Shown: piece by piece, positions 33,386-42,991 of the stretch | Layout of the letters: each line of letters starts with the position of its first letter | How positions within the stretch are numbered: position 1 is the stretch's first letter | NCBI GenBank assembly: GCA_045597045.1 | Contig: JAZODN010000025.1 | Coordinates: 1 to 53,003 of the forward strand | Length of the DNA stretch: 53,003 nt | Origin: Acutalibacteraceae bacterium | GTDB taxonomy: Bacteria > Bacillota > Clostridia > Oscillospirales > Acutalibacteraceae | Reading direction: 5' to 3' | The notes under the pieces: model-generated | What the model was told of the DNA's origin: nothing | Seen by the model: only the letters and a program-made list of their open reading frames with translations | Databases searched by the model: none | Program-made: the position numbers and the translations under genes

Positions 33386-34057
33386 GTGTCGATTATCGAA
33401 GTGCGTGACGTGCGATTTACCTATCGCACGCGGTATCAAACGGTGGAGGCGCTAAAAGGGGTTTCCTATGCGTTTGAAGAAGGAAAACTGTATGCACTGG
33501 TGGGAAAATCGGGATCCGGAAAATCCACGCTGCTTTCCCTGATGGCCGGATTGGAACTGCCGAGTGAAGGTGACGTGCTGTTTCGCGGAATCTCCACCGT
33601 GGCGATGGATCGCAACCGATACCGCCGCGAAGATGTGGCAGTGATCTACCAATCCTTCCGTCTGCTGCCATTGCTGACGGTGGCGGAAAATATCGCATAT
33701 CCCATGGAACTGCGCGGCGTGAAGGCGAAAGAGGCGCGTGAGCGTGTGGCTCCTCTGCTCGAAAAGGTGGATCTGCCGCTTTCGGTGCAAGACCGTTTTC
33801 CCAACATGCTTTCGGGCGGTGAACAGCAGCGTGTGGCGATCGCCCGTGCTATCGGCAGTGACACACGTTTGCTGTTGGCGGATGAGCCGACAGGTAATCT
33901 GGACGTGGAAAACAGCATGCGTGTGATTCACCTGCTTTCGGATTTGGCGCACCGTGACGGATATTGTGTGATCGTGGTGACACACGATATGGATATCGCG
34001 GCCGAAGCGGATGTGATTTTACGCATGCGCGACGGCGTGCTGAGTGAAGAAACATAA
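33386..34057 (+). CDS. ABC transporter ATP-binding protein (MacB/LolD/FtsE-like)
   Basis: Walker [12 protein letters not shown], signature [14 protein letters not shown], Walker [14 protein letters not shown]-loop VTHD. AAAGGAGGGG RBS with a GTG start. Confidence 0.9.
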   Translation: MSIIEVRDVRFTYRTRYQTVEALKGVSYAFEEGKLYALVGKSGSGKSTLLSLMAGLELPSEGDVLFRGISTVAMDRNRYRREDVAVIYQSFRLLPLLTVAENIAYPMELRGVKAKEARERVAPLLEKVDLPLSVQDRFPNMLSGGEQQRVAIARAIGSDTRLLLADEPTGNLDVENSMRVIHLLSDLAHRDGYCVIVVTHDMDIAAEADVILRMRDGVLSEET

Positions 34058-34061
34058 TATG

Positions 34062-34096
34062 ATGAAAAGCCACCCTTTTTATGGGTGGCTTTTCAT
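34062..34096. terminator. bidirectional intrinsic terminator
   Basis: ATGAAAAGCCACCC-TTTTTAT-GGGTGGCTTTTCAT, a perfect 14-bp stem. Confidence 0.85.
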
Positions 34097-34183
34097 ATGC
34101 AGATCGTCTTGCGTGAGGCATGTTTGAAACTTCTTTGCGATGTTCCGACACGCCATGCGCCCGTGGGGGCTTGCGTTTTTGCT

Positions 34184-35038
34184 TTATCCTTTCACGGCAC
34201 CGCCCGTGACACCTTCCACGTAATATTTTTGCAAGCGTAAAAACAACGCGGTCACGGGAATGGCTACCAACACCGAGCCGGCACAAAATACGGTAAAATA
34301 GCGATAAATGTTTTCTTTAGACACCATTTGGTACAACCCCAGTGCCAGCGTGTAGTTTTGATAGTTGTCCTTCATGATCACACTGACAAAAATAAAATCG
34401 GTCCACGGAACCATAAATGCGGTCAGCGCCGTGTAGGCTAAAATGGGGGTAGACATCGGCAAGGTGATGCGAAAGAAAATCTGGTGTCGGGTGGCACCGT
34501 CTAACGTAGCGGCTTCGTCGAGCGAGCGCGGAATGGTGTCGAAGTACCCCTTTGCGATAAAATAACCCATGCACGAGCCGGCAGAATACACCAATATCAG
34601 GGCCAGCAGGGATTGCGCAAGGCCCAGTACTTTTAAGAGATGATACACCGCGATCATGGTCATAAATCCGGGAAACATCCCAAGTATCAGCCCTGCATTC
34701 ATATATTTTCGTCGCGAAGGAAACCGCAATCGGCTGAAAGCGTAACTTACCGACAGCACCAACAGCGTGCTGAGTACACAGGTGCAAACAGCCACCAACA
34801 GTGTGTTCATAAACCAACGCGGATACTGAAAAACGGCGGTGTCCTGAAACAGACGGCTATAATTGTTGAGCGACCAGTTTTTTGGCAAAAGATAAGGAAG
34901 ATACGCACCGCTTTCGCCACGGAACGAAAGAATGATCAAATATACGATAGGGAGCACCCACAAGCTGCCGAGCGTCGCCAACAGAATATAGATTGCGGCG
35001 TTGGCGGTGCGCTTACGTGCGCGGTAACCGACCGTCAT
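34184..35038 (-). CDS. carbohydrate ABC transporter permease (MalG-like)
   Basis: Six TM segments and the EAA loop region DTIPRSLDEAATLDGATRHQIFFRITLP. ATGA overlap with the upstream permease gene. Confidence 0.85.
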   Translation of the reverse strand: MTVGYRARKRTANAAIYILLATLGSLWVLPIVYLIILSFRGESGAYLPYLLPKNWSLNNYSRLFQDTAVFQYPRWFMNTLLVAVCTCVLSTLLVLSVSYAFSRLRFPSRRKYMNAGLILGMFPGFMTMIAVYHLLKVLGLAQSLLALILVYSAGSCMGYFIAKGYFDTIPRSLDEAATLDGATRHQIFFRITLPMSTPILAYTALTAFMVPWTDFIFVSVIMKDNYQNYTLALGLYQMVSKENIYRYFTVFCAGSVLVAIPVTALFLRLQKYYVEGVTGGAVKG

Positions 35039-36429
35039 TGAAATTGCTCCTCCTTTCGTGCCGAGGCGGATGAATTGTATACTAACAGGGAAAGGCCGGC
35101 CGATACCAAAAATACGATAATGCCGATAGCCGAAGCTAAATTGTAGTTTTGCTGATCCACGGTTTGTTTATATAGCCAAGTAACCAGCAGATCGGTTTTG
35201 CCTGCTTGGTAATAGTCGAGCGAAAGCGGCCCGCCGCCTGTCAAAAGATAGATTACGTTAAAGTTGTTGAAATTACCCACGAACTGGGTAATAAGATAAG
35301 GGGTGGTCACAAACAGCATATACGGCAAGGTGATGCTGAAAAAGGTGCGAAACGGGCCGGCGCCGTCGATGCGTGCACTTTCATACATATCTTCCGGGAT
35401 ATTCATCAAAATGCCGCTGGTGATAAGAATGGTGTAAGGAATGCCGATCCAAATGTTGACCACAATGACTGTGATCTTCGCGAGCGTGCCGTCACTCAAA
35501 AACGGAATGGGGGAGGAGATAAGACCCAACTGCTGCAGCAGTACGTTGACGGCGCCGCCCGTGCCTTCGGCAGAAAGCAGTTGCGACATCAAAAGCAAGG
35601 TGACGAATTGCGGCACCGCGATCGGTATCACGAACAGGGTGCGCCACAACCCCTTGGCACGAATGCCGCGTTTGTTGATCATCAGCGCTACCGCCATGCC
35701 GAGCAAATAATTCAAGAAGGTGGCAAAAACGGCCCACGTGACGGTCCAGCCAAACAAGCGGAAGAAGGTGGTGGAGGTTTTTCCGCTGCCCGAAAACAGG
35801 TTGAGAAAGTTTTCAAGCCCCACCCACGTGAACAGATTGCCCGGCGGCTGGTGTGATTTGTCAAAATTGGTGAAGGCGATCAAAACCATAAACACCAATG
35901 GCAAAATAGTGAAGACAAACACTAAAACGACAGGGGGTGTGAGCAACAGCAGGTGATAACGGCGATCGAACAGCGATCGGATATCCTCGCGAAAAGTGGA
36001 AAGCCGATTGCCTTTACACGTTTCTGCTTGGGCGTTCCAGGCTGCGCGTACGTTAGCGGCGTATAGCCGCAGGAAAAGCACGATAAGCACCAATGTGACC
36101 ACGCTGAACAGCAGGATCTCCATGGAGTTGTCGCCGGCGGTAATGCGGTAAATGCCTTCCTCTTCGTCGAACACACGATACTGCGTTTGCGTGCCGAGTG
36201 TGCCGAATTTTGAAAGATGCGGTATGCCAAAAAAGCAAAGATACAGCACGAACAGCACTTGCGTTGTCAAAAACAACAAGCCGCGCATGAGTTGCCCGTG
36301 TGCGATGCAACCGTATCCCATCAGCAAAAACGAGAGGCGCGTGGCAGCGTTGCCGCGCAGCAGGGCGGTCTGCATGTCGCGCAACAAGCCGCCCTTTTGC
36401 CTGCTGTGCCGCCGTTTTGCGAATGTCAT
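35035..36429 (-). CDS. carbohydrate ABC transporter permease (MalF-like, extended N-terminus)
   Basis: 464 aa with about 8 TM segments and the EAA loop PEDMYESARIDGAGPFRTFFSITLP. Confidence 0.85.
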   Translation of the reverse strand: MTFAKRRHSRQKGGLLRDMQTALLRGNAATRLSFLLMGYGCIAHGQLMRGLLFLTTQVLFVLYLCFFGIPHLSKFGTLGTQTQYRVFDEEEGIYRITAGDNSMEILLFSVVTLVLIVLFLRLYAANVRAAWNAQAETCKGNRLSTFREDIRSLFDRRYHLLLLTPPVVLVFVFTILPLVFMVLIAFTNFDKSHQPPGNLFTWVGLENFLNLFSGSGKTSTTFFRLFGWTVTWAVFATFLNYLLGMAVALMINKRGIRAKGLWRTLFVIPIAVPQFVTLLLMSQLLSAEGTGGAVNVLLQQLGLISSPIPFLSDGTLAKITVIVVNIWIGIPYTILITSGILMNIPEDMYESARIDGAGPFRTFFSITLPYMLFVTTPYLITQFVGNFNNFNVIYLLTGGGPLSLDYYQAGKTDLLVTWLYKQTVDQQNYNLASAIGIIVFLVSAGLSLLVYNSSASARKEEQFQ

Positions 36430-36439
36430 CCGTTCACCC

Positions 36440-37639
36440 CTATGCCGTGATTTGTTGCACCATAACGTTTAGCAGTTCCTTTACCGTGCGCGAGTAGTTT
36501 TTGGATTCCATTGCGGTGCCGAACGCTTCCAGTGGGTCCCACGTGCTGCTGAGCACGTCGCGTTGGGTTACACCGTGTACGTTTTGTTGTGCAAGTGCGG
36601 CCAACGCTACGTTGCTTTTCACCGCGTTGCTGGCAGCCGCTTTGAGATTGGAAGGACCCATGGCACGTGTTTCAAACCGCTTGATCTGATTTTCCTCATT
36701 GGTGAGGAATTCGGCAAGTTTCATGGCTTCTACCGGATGTTTGGTAGCCGAGTTGACCCCCATGAGCTTATATCCGGCAAAGCTTGCCATCTGCACTTGC
36801 TCATTGCCAAGTGTGAAGGTTGGCAACTTGACAGCCGCGTAGCCGCTTCCAAGTTTTTCCTTAATGGCTTCGGCGTTCCAAGTGCCCGAAACACCGGCAC
36901 AAATAGTGGTGCCGATACCGCCTGTCAGCACGGCGTCATTTCCGGTGACAAACGACGGATGTGCGCAAAAGGCTTTGATAGCTTCGCCGGCCTGCACCCC
37001 TTTTTCATTGTTGAAGTCGCAGGTTTGTTGCCCGTTGCTGTCCAGCCCCAAGTGGCAGCCGGCCCCCAAAAAGAAGGCGACGTTATACCAACCGTTAGAA
37101 ACATCCATATATACCCGTTTGTCGGCACGGGCTGCAGCGGCAAGCAGTCCGTCCAGCGTTTTCACGTCATCGGCGGTCAATACACGGCTGTCATAATAGA
37201 GAAAATATCCGTTGTCGGCCGTGATGGGGTAGGCGTATAAAGCGTCGCCCACCGACGCGGCTTTGACCGAGCCTTCGCTGTTTTCGGTCGTGATAACGTC
37301 TTTATGCCGCGTGATTTCATACAGCGCGCCGGCTTTGTGAAGGTCGTTTAACTGATCGTCCGAAAAAGCGAACAGATCACCGGCAGCGGCAGGGTCTTCC
37401 AACACCCGCTTTTTTGCCTCGTCTTCGCCAACTACCCCCAATGTGATGTCATATATTTTCCCGTCGTCGGCATTGGCTTTTTTGAAAGCCTCAATCATTT
37501 CGCCAAGCATGGCCTGATCTTCGCCGGAACCCCACACTTTCAGTGTGACGGTATCGTCGTTGCCGTTGCGGCGGCAACCGGCTGTAAACAGCAGCGAAAG
37601 CGCGGCCAGCACGACAACAATGCGCCAAATGGTTTTCAT
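36440..37639 (-). CDS. carbohydrate (maltodextrin-type) ABC substrate-binding lipoprotein
   Basis: Signal peptide and lipobox MKTIWRIVVVLAALSLLFTAGC. ATG 37639 lies 8 nt after GAAGGAG; the listed GTG 37648 overlaps the RBS. Confidence 0.8.
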   Translation of the reverse strand: MKTIWRIVVVLAALSLLFTAGCRRNGNDDTVTLKVWGSGEDQAMLGEMIEAFKKANADDGKIYDITLGVVGEDEAKKRVLEDPAAAGDLFAFSDDQLNDLHKAGALYEITRHKDVITTENSEGSVKAASVGDALYAYPITADNGYFLYYDSRVLTADDVKTLDGLLAAAARADKRVYMDVSNGWYNVAFFLGAGCHLGLDSNGQQTCDFNNEKGVQAGEAIKAFCAHPSFVTGNDAVLTGGIGTTICAGVSGTWNAEAIKEKLGSGYAAVKLPTFTLGNEQVQMASFAGYKLMGVNSATKHPVEAMKLAEFLTNEENQIKRFETRAMGPSNLKAAASNAVKSNVALAALAQQNVHGVTQRDVLSSTWDPLEAFGTAMESKNYSRTVKELLNVMVQQITA

Positions 37640-37729
37640 TTGATTCACTCCTTCGATTTCTTGTTACCATAGTGTGTGTCGTCTTTATGCGGTTATGCAA
37701 AACGGCCGTGCAGTTGCCCATTCTTTCCG

Positions 37730-37758
37730 TTGACAAAAACCGACACTTTCGGTATACT
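37730..37758 (+). promoter_or_regulatory. sigma-A-type promoter for the acyltransferase gene
   Basis: TTGACA (37730-37735), 17 nt, TATACT (37753-37758). Confidence 0.6.
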
Positions 37759-37777
37759 GAAAAGGAGAGATGAGGGG

Positions 37778-39058
37778 ATGCTTTTGAAAATAAAAATAAA
37801 AAATGCACCCTATGCAGCGGTGCGTGAGATGACGCCAAAAAAGGCGCGCAAGGTGAAGAATCCCAACCCGTTATTGGCGGCAGTTGTGCGCGTGGCGTCA
37901 TGGCCTGCGTTGTGGGCCACCCGTTTTTCGTATCGTAAGATCGGTATGGAGCGTTTAGGAAGAAAAGAGCCGTGCTTGATTTTGATGAATCATTCGGCGT
38001 TTATTGATTTGAAAATTGCTTCGGCGGTTTTGTTTCCGCGTCGCTATAACATTGTGTGTACTTCCGACGGCTTTGTCGGAAAGAACCGGCTGATGTATTC
38101 TTTAGGGTGTATTCCCACGCAAAAGTTTGTGACCGACCTGCGTCTGGTGCGTGAAATGGTGGCAGCGGTAAAAAAGCGTCGTTGTTCGGTATTGATGTAT
38201 CCGGAAGCCAGTTACAGTTTCGATGGCACCGCCACGCCGCTGCCGGACAGCATCGGCAAATGTGTGAAACTGCTCGGCGTGCCGGTGGTGATGATCCGCA
38301 CCTACGGTGCCTTTGCGCACGACCCGTTGTATAACGGGTTGCGTCACCGTAAAGTGAAGGTTTCTGCCGAGGTGGAATATCTGCTTTCGCCCGAAGAGAT
38401 CGCCGCACTGCCTGCCGATCAAATACAGGAGAAGATCAACGCGCAGTTTGCATTTGATAATTTCCGTTGGCAGCAGGAAAACGGGGTGGCGGTGCGCGAA
38501 CCGTTCCGTGCGGAGGGGTTGAACCGCGTACTGTTTATTTGTCCCCACTGCGAAACGCAGGGGGAGATGCAAAGTCACGGCGACAAGGTGAGCTGCAAAC
38601 GGTGCGGCGTGACATATCAACTGACAGAACTTGGCTATCTGCAAGCGCTGAATGCGCCGTCGCGTTTTACTCACGTTCCCGATTGGTATCGCTGGCAGCG
38701 CGAAACGGTGCGCCGTGAGATCGAGCAAGGAACATATCGCCTGGATCTTGCGGTGGATATCTGTATACTTCAAGGTACCGAACGGCTATATCGCGTGGGC
38801 AGTGGGCGGCTGCTGCACACGGCGGAAGGATTTCATCTCACCGGCTGTAACGGCGAACTGGACTATCAGCAATCGCCTGCCGCTTCCTACAGTTTGTATG
38901 CGGATTATTATTGGTATGAGATCGGCGATGTGATATGTATCGGCGATAACAGCACGCTGTATTATTGCTTTCCGCAACAGGGCGGCGACGTGGTTGCCAA
39001 AGCACGGCTGGCTACGGAAGAACTGTTTAAAATGCAAAAGCAGCGCATCACCAGGTGA
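37778..39058 (+). CDS. PlsC/LPLAT-family acyltransferase with ~200-aa C-terminal extension carrying a zinc-ribbon
   Basis: HX4D motif in LILMNHSAFIDL. C-terminal CPHCETQG...CKRCG knuckles. AAAGGAGAG RBS before ATG 37778. Confidence 0.7.
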   Translation: MLLKIKIKNAPYAAVREMTPKKARKVKNPNPLLAAVVRVASWPALWATRFSYRKIGMERLGRKEPCLILMNHSAFIDLKIASAVLFPRRYNIVCTSDGFVGKNRLMYSLGCIPTQKFVTDLRLVREMVAAVKKRRCSVLMYPEASYSFDGTATPLPDSIGKCVKLLGVPVVMIRTYGAFAHDPLYNGLRHRKVKVSAEVEYLLSPEEIAALPADQIQEKINAQFAFDNFRWQQENGVAVREPFRAEGLNRVLFICPHCETQGEMQSHGDKVSCKRCGVTYQLTELGYLQALNAPSRFTHVPDWYRWQRETVRREIEQGTYRLDLAVDICILQGTERLYRVGSGRLLHTAEGFHLTGCNGELDYQQSPAASYSLYADYYWYEIGDVICIGDNSTLYYCFPQQGGDVVAKARLATEELFKMQKQRITR

Positions 39059-39073
39059 TGCGCTGCTTTTTTT
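39040..39073. terminator. bidirectional intrinsic terminator overlapping the end of the CDS
   Basis: GCAGCGCATCAC-CAG-GTGATGCGCTGC (12 bp) flanked by AAAA and TTTTTTT. Confidence 0.85.
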
Positions 39074-39079
39074 CGGTAT

Positions 39080-41410
39080 TTATACACCCCAGATTTCGGC
39101 GGCGTATTCTTCCACCGAACGGTCGCTTGAAAATTTGCCGGCCGCCGCCGTGTTCAGCAAGCATTTGCGTGTAAAGGCTTCACGGTCGCGATAGTCACGG
39201 TTGGTTTGCATTTTGGCATCGCAATACGACAGCATGTCTGCCATTAAGAGATAATGATCGGGCTGATGCCACGAGGCCCCTTCGGTAATAGCGGTATACA
39301 GCTCGCGGAACATGCCTGTGCCGCCGTCGTCCAACGTGCCGTCTACCAGCGTTTCCAACACGCGGCTCAGCCGAGGATCGGCATCGGCTGCCGTGTTGGG
39401 ATCGTAATGCGGTTTTAAGGCGGTGACTTCTTCGGCGGTCAGACCGAAGATATAGTTGTTCTCACGTCCGGCCTGTTCCACGATTTCAATGTTGGCGCCG
39501 TCGTAGGTGCCCAGCGTGACGGCGCCGTTGAGCATAAACTTCATGTTACCCGTGCCGGAGGCTTCGGTCCCGGCCGTTGAAATCTGCTCCGATACGTCGG
39601 CAGCCGGCATGATATGCTCGGCAGCCGATACGTTGTAGTCGGGTAAAAATACCACTTGCATTTTATCGTTTACATCGGGATCGGCCGCGATGATGCGAGC
39701 CCATTCGTTGATATATTTGATGATCGCCTTGGCGCGGAAATAGCCGGGGGCGGCTTTGGCGGCAAAGAGATACACGGTGGGGGTGAAATCCTTGATGCGG
39801 CCGTCTTTGATGCCGAAATAGGTGTCGGCAATGGAAAAGGCGTTCAGCAACTGGCGCTTGTATTCATGCAAGCGCTTGGCTTGAATATCGAAGAGCCAGG
39901 TAGGATTTACCGCCACGCCGCATTTGGCCTCAATAAATGCGGCAAGCTGCCGCTTTTTCTCATCCTTTACAGCTGCAAAATCGGCAAGAAAACGGCGGTC
40001 GCTCTGCAAACGTTCCAGTTGACGCAATTGTGAGAGATCGCAGATCCAGCCGCTGCCGATGCGCGAAGTGATCAGCGCGGAGAGTTCGGGGTTGGCGAGT
40101 CCCAACCAGCGCCGCTGGGTGACACCGTTGGTCTTGTTGTTAAACCGCGTGGGATACAGTTGATACCAGTGGGGGAGCACTTGTGTTTTTAACAGTTCGG
40201 TGTGAAGCTGTGCCACGCCGTTGATCGAGTGTGTGGCAAAGATCGCCATGCGTGCCATGTGCAGCGTGTTACCTTCGATGATCCAGTATTTAACGGCGTC
40301 CTCGCCCACGATGTGTTGGCGGCGCAGTTCACGCTGCAGGGCGTGATGCAGTTGCTTGACATATGGCATCAAATGAGGGAGAACACGCGAAAAAAGATCC
40401 AATCCCCACTTCTCCAACGCTTCGGGCAGCACGGTGTGATTGGTGTATGCAAAGACACGGCGAGCCAGATTGAGTGCTTTGGTAAAGGAGACACCGTCTT
40501 CGCACAGTAAGCGTATAAATACGGGGATCGCCACCACGGGATGGGTGTCGTTCAGCTGAATGGCGCGGAAATCCGCAAAACGGGCATAACGGTTGCCGTG
40601 CTTTTGTTTGAAACGGCGTAGCATATCTTGCACAGAGGCACTGGCAAAAAAGTATTGCTGCTTCAAACGCAACGCTTTGCCTTCCTCGGTGTCGTCGTTT
40701 GGATACAGCACTGCGGAAATACGTTCGGCTTCCGTTTGAGCGCGCACGGCATCGTCATACCGCTGTGCGTTAAACGCTGCGAAATCAAACGGTGTTAACG
40801 CTTCGGCCTGCCACAAGCGCAGCGTGTTGACACAGCGCACGCCGTAACCGATCACCGGCATATCGTACGGTACGGCCCATACTGCCTCATTTTCACCAAA
40901 CCGCACACAAACCCGTTCCTCTTCACGGCGGCGTGACCACGGATCGCCGAATCGCAGCCAGTTATCGGCCTCTTCGCGTTGAAAGCCGTCTTCAAACGAT
41001 TGCTTAAACAAGCCGTAACGGTAACGGATGCCGTAGCCGTCCAGCGGAATGTCGCGTGTGGCGGCCGATTCCAAAAAACACGCCGCCAAGCGTCCGAGAC
41101 CACCGTTGCCCAGTGCCGCATCTTCGATCTCTTCAAATACGCGCATATCCACTCCGTGACGGGAAAGCAGTGTGCCTACCGTGTCGGTGGCCTGCATGTT
41201 ATAGAGATTTTGAAAGATCATGCGGCCGATCAAAAATTCTGCCGAAAGATACGCAGCGCGGCGGCCTTTCTTGGGGTGTGCCCAGCGATCGTCCACCGCC
41301 GCCAGCGCAGCTTTGGAAACCGCGTGATACAGTTCGGTGGGGGAGGCGTTATCCACGCGTTTTTGCGCGTCGATACGCAAAAGGGTACGAATGTCTTTTT
41401 CCAAACTCAT
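39080..41410 (-). CDS. glgP: glycogen/maltodextrin (alpha-glucan) phosphorylase
   Basis: 776 aa with the PLP-Lys motif EASGTGNMKFMLNGA. Confidence 0.9.
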   Translation of the reverse strand: MSLEKDIRTLLRIDAQKRVDNASPTELYHAVSKAALAAVDDRWAHPKKGRRAAYLSAEFLIGRMIFQNLYNMQATDTVGTLLSRHGVDMRVFEEIEDAALGNGGLGRLAACFLESAATRDIPLDGYGIRYRYGLFKQSFEDGFQREEADNWLRFGDPWSRRREEERVCVRFGENEAVWAVPYDMPVIGYGVRCVNTLRLWQAEALTPFDFAAFNAQRYDDAVRAQTEAERISAVLYPNDDTEEGKALRLKQQYFFASASVQDMLRRFKQKHGNRYARFADFRAIQLNDTHPVVAIPVFIRLLCEDGVSFTKALNLARRVFAYTNHTVLPEALEKWGLDLFSRVLPHLMPYVKQLHHALQRELRRQHIVGEDAVKYWIIEGNTLHMARMAIFATHSINGVAQLHTELLKTQVLPHWYQLYPTRFNNKTNGVTQRRWLGLANPELSALITSRIGSGWICDLSQLRQLERLQSDRRFLADFAAVKDEKKRQLAAFIEAKCGVAVNPTWLFDIQAKRLHEYKRQLLNAFSIADTYFGIKDGRIKDFTPTVYLFAAKAAPGYFRAKAIIKYINEWARIIAADPDVNDKMQVVFLPDYNVSAAEHIMPAADVSEQISTAGTEASGTGNMKFMLNGAVTLGTYDGANIEIVEQAGRENNYIFGLTAEEVTALKPHYDPNTAADADPRLSRVLETLVDGTLDDGGTGMFRELYTAITEGASWHQPDHYLLMADMLSYCDAKMQTNRDYRDREAFTRKCLLNTAAAGKFSSDRSVEEYAAEIWGV

Positions 41411-41423
41411 ACAGTTGCTCCTT

Positions 41424-42899
41424 TTATCGGTTATACAGCGTGACGAATTCTTTCAGATGGGCGGCCAGGGCGTCGGTGAGGGCGTCGGGTGCCATGCGCC
41501 ATTTCCAATTCTCGCCCACGGTAGACGGCGTGTTCATACGGGCGCGGTTGTCCAGTGCCAACAAGTCCTGCATTTGAAAAATGGCCAGATCCGCCACGCT
41601 TTGGTACGCGGCGCGTAACATGCCAACGGGAATAGCGGTGCGCCGCTTGACACCTAAATACCGCATCATATACGAAATTTCGCGGCGTTTGGCACGTGCG
41701 CAATAGCCCACGATGGTATCGTTGTCGTGGGTGCCGCCGTAAACCGCGCGGTTTTTGGGGAAGTTGTGCGGCAAGTGCGGATTTTGCGGATTGCCGTCGA
41801 ACCCAAACAACAGCACGCTCATGCCGGGATATCCCGTTTGACGCAGCAACGTGCGCACCTTCGGGTGAAGCACGCCGAGATCTTCGGCCAAAATGCGCAT
41901 ATCACCGGCGGCGTTGTCGATAGCATCGGTCAGCAAACGGCCGGGACCTTGCCGCCATTCGCCGTCCACCGCCGTTTCACAATCGGCCGGAATCGCATAG
42001 TAACGCGCCATGCCGATGAAATGATCAATACGCAGGGCGTCAAACAGGGTGCGGCAGGCATCCACGCGTGCGCGCCACCACCGAAAGCCGTCTTCTGCCA
42101 TGCGATCCCAATCGTAAAGAGGGTTGCCCCAGCGTTGCCCGGTAGCGGAAAACATATCGGGCGGTACACCGGCCACCGCGGTGGGAAAGCCGTGTGTGTC
42201 CAGTTGAAACAGTGCGCGGTTTGCCCACACGTCGGCGCTGTCTGCGGCGACGTACAGCGGAATGTCGCCGATCAGTAATATGCCGCGTTGGTTGGCGTAA
42301 TTTTTCAACGCGATCCATTGACAGCGAAAAAGATATTGACAAAAACAAACGAACGAAATATCGTTTGCCAACAGTGCCGTGTAGCGGTGGAGTGCGCCCT
42401 CTTCACGCAAACGGATATCCTCTTCCCATTCACTCCAATCCCGGTGACCAAAATGCGCTTTCAGTGCGGTGTATAACGCGTAGTCTGTCAGCCAATGGGC
42501 TTCTTCACGGCAAAAGAGATGATACGCCTCATCGGGGGCGAAACGGCTGTGTGCCGTGCGCAAAAGATCGAACCGCGTGTGAAACAGCTGTTCGTAATGG
42601 ATTTCACCCACCTCTTCACGTGCCGAGGAGGCTTCTTCTTCTGTCAGCAGTCCTGCTTCGACCAAACGATCCAAATCAATAAAGTAAGGGTTGCCTGCAA
42701 AGGCAGAGAAGGATTGATAAGGACTGTCGCCGTAACCGGTCGGCCCCACGGGCAGCACCTGCCAATAACGCTGGCCGGCAGCGGCCAAAAAATCCGCAAA
42801 AGCAAACGCCGCATCACCCAGCGTGCCGATGCCGTGCGGCGAGGGGAGAGCACTGATGGGCATCAGCACACCGGCGCCGCGTGTAAAGGTCTTTTTCAT
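41424..42899 (-). CDS. malQ: 4-alpha-glucanotransferase (amylomaltase, GH77)
   Basis: N-terminus RGAGVLMPISALPSPHGIGTLG is typical of MalQ. ATG 42899 lies 9 nt after AAGGTGG; the listed ATG 42908 abuts the RBS. Confidence 0.85.
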   Translation of the reverse strand: MKKTFTRGAGVLMPISALPSPHGIGTLGDAAFAFADFLAAAGQRYWQVLPVGPTGYGDSPYQSFSAFAGNPYFIDLDRLVEAGLLTEEEASSAREEVGEIHYEQLFHTRFDLLRTAHSRFAPDEAYHLFCREEAHWLTDYALYTALKAHFGHRDWSEWEEDIRLREEGALHRYTALLANDISFVCFCQYLFRCQWIALKNYANQRGILLIGDIPLYVAADSADVWANRALFQLDTHGFPTAVAGVPPDMFSATGQRWGNPLYDWDRMAEDGFRWWRARVDACRTLFDALRIDHFIGMARYYAIPADCETAVDGEWRQGPGRLLTDAIDNAAGDMRILAEDLGVLHPKVRTLLRQTGYPGMSVLLFGFDGNPQNPHLPHNFPKNRAVYGGTHDNDTIVGYCARAKRREISYMMRYLGVKRRTAIPVGMLRAAYQSVADLAIFQMQDLLALDNRARMNTPSTVGENWKWRMAPDALTDALAAHLKEFVTLYNR

Positions 42900-42948
42900 A
42901 GTTGCCATCCACCTTATGAAAACATCTCAGAATGTAGTATAGCCGCAT

Positions 42949-42991
42949 AAAAGCAAAAAACGCATCGCGTTGCATGCGTTTTTTTGCTTTT
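42949..42991. terminator. bidirectional intrinsic terminator
   Basis: AAAAGCAAAAAACGCAT-loop-ATGCGTTTTTTTGCTTTT, a long A/U-flanked stem with one bulge. Confidence 0.75.
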
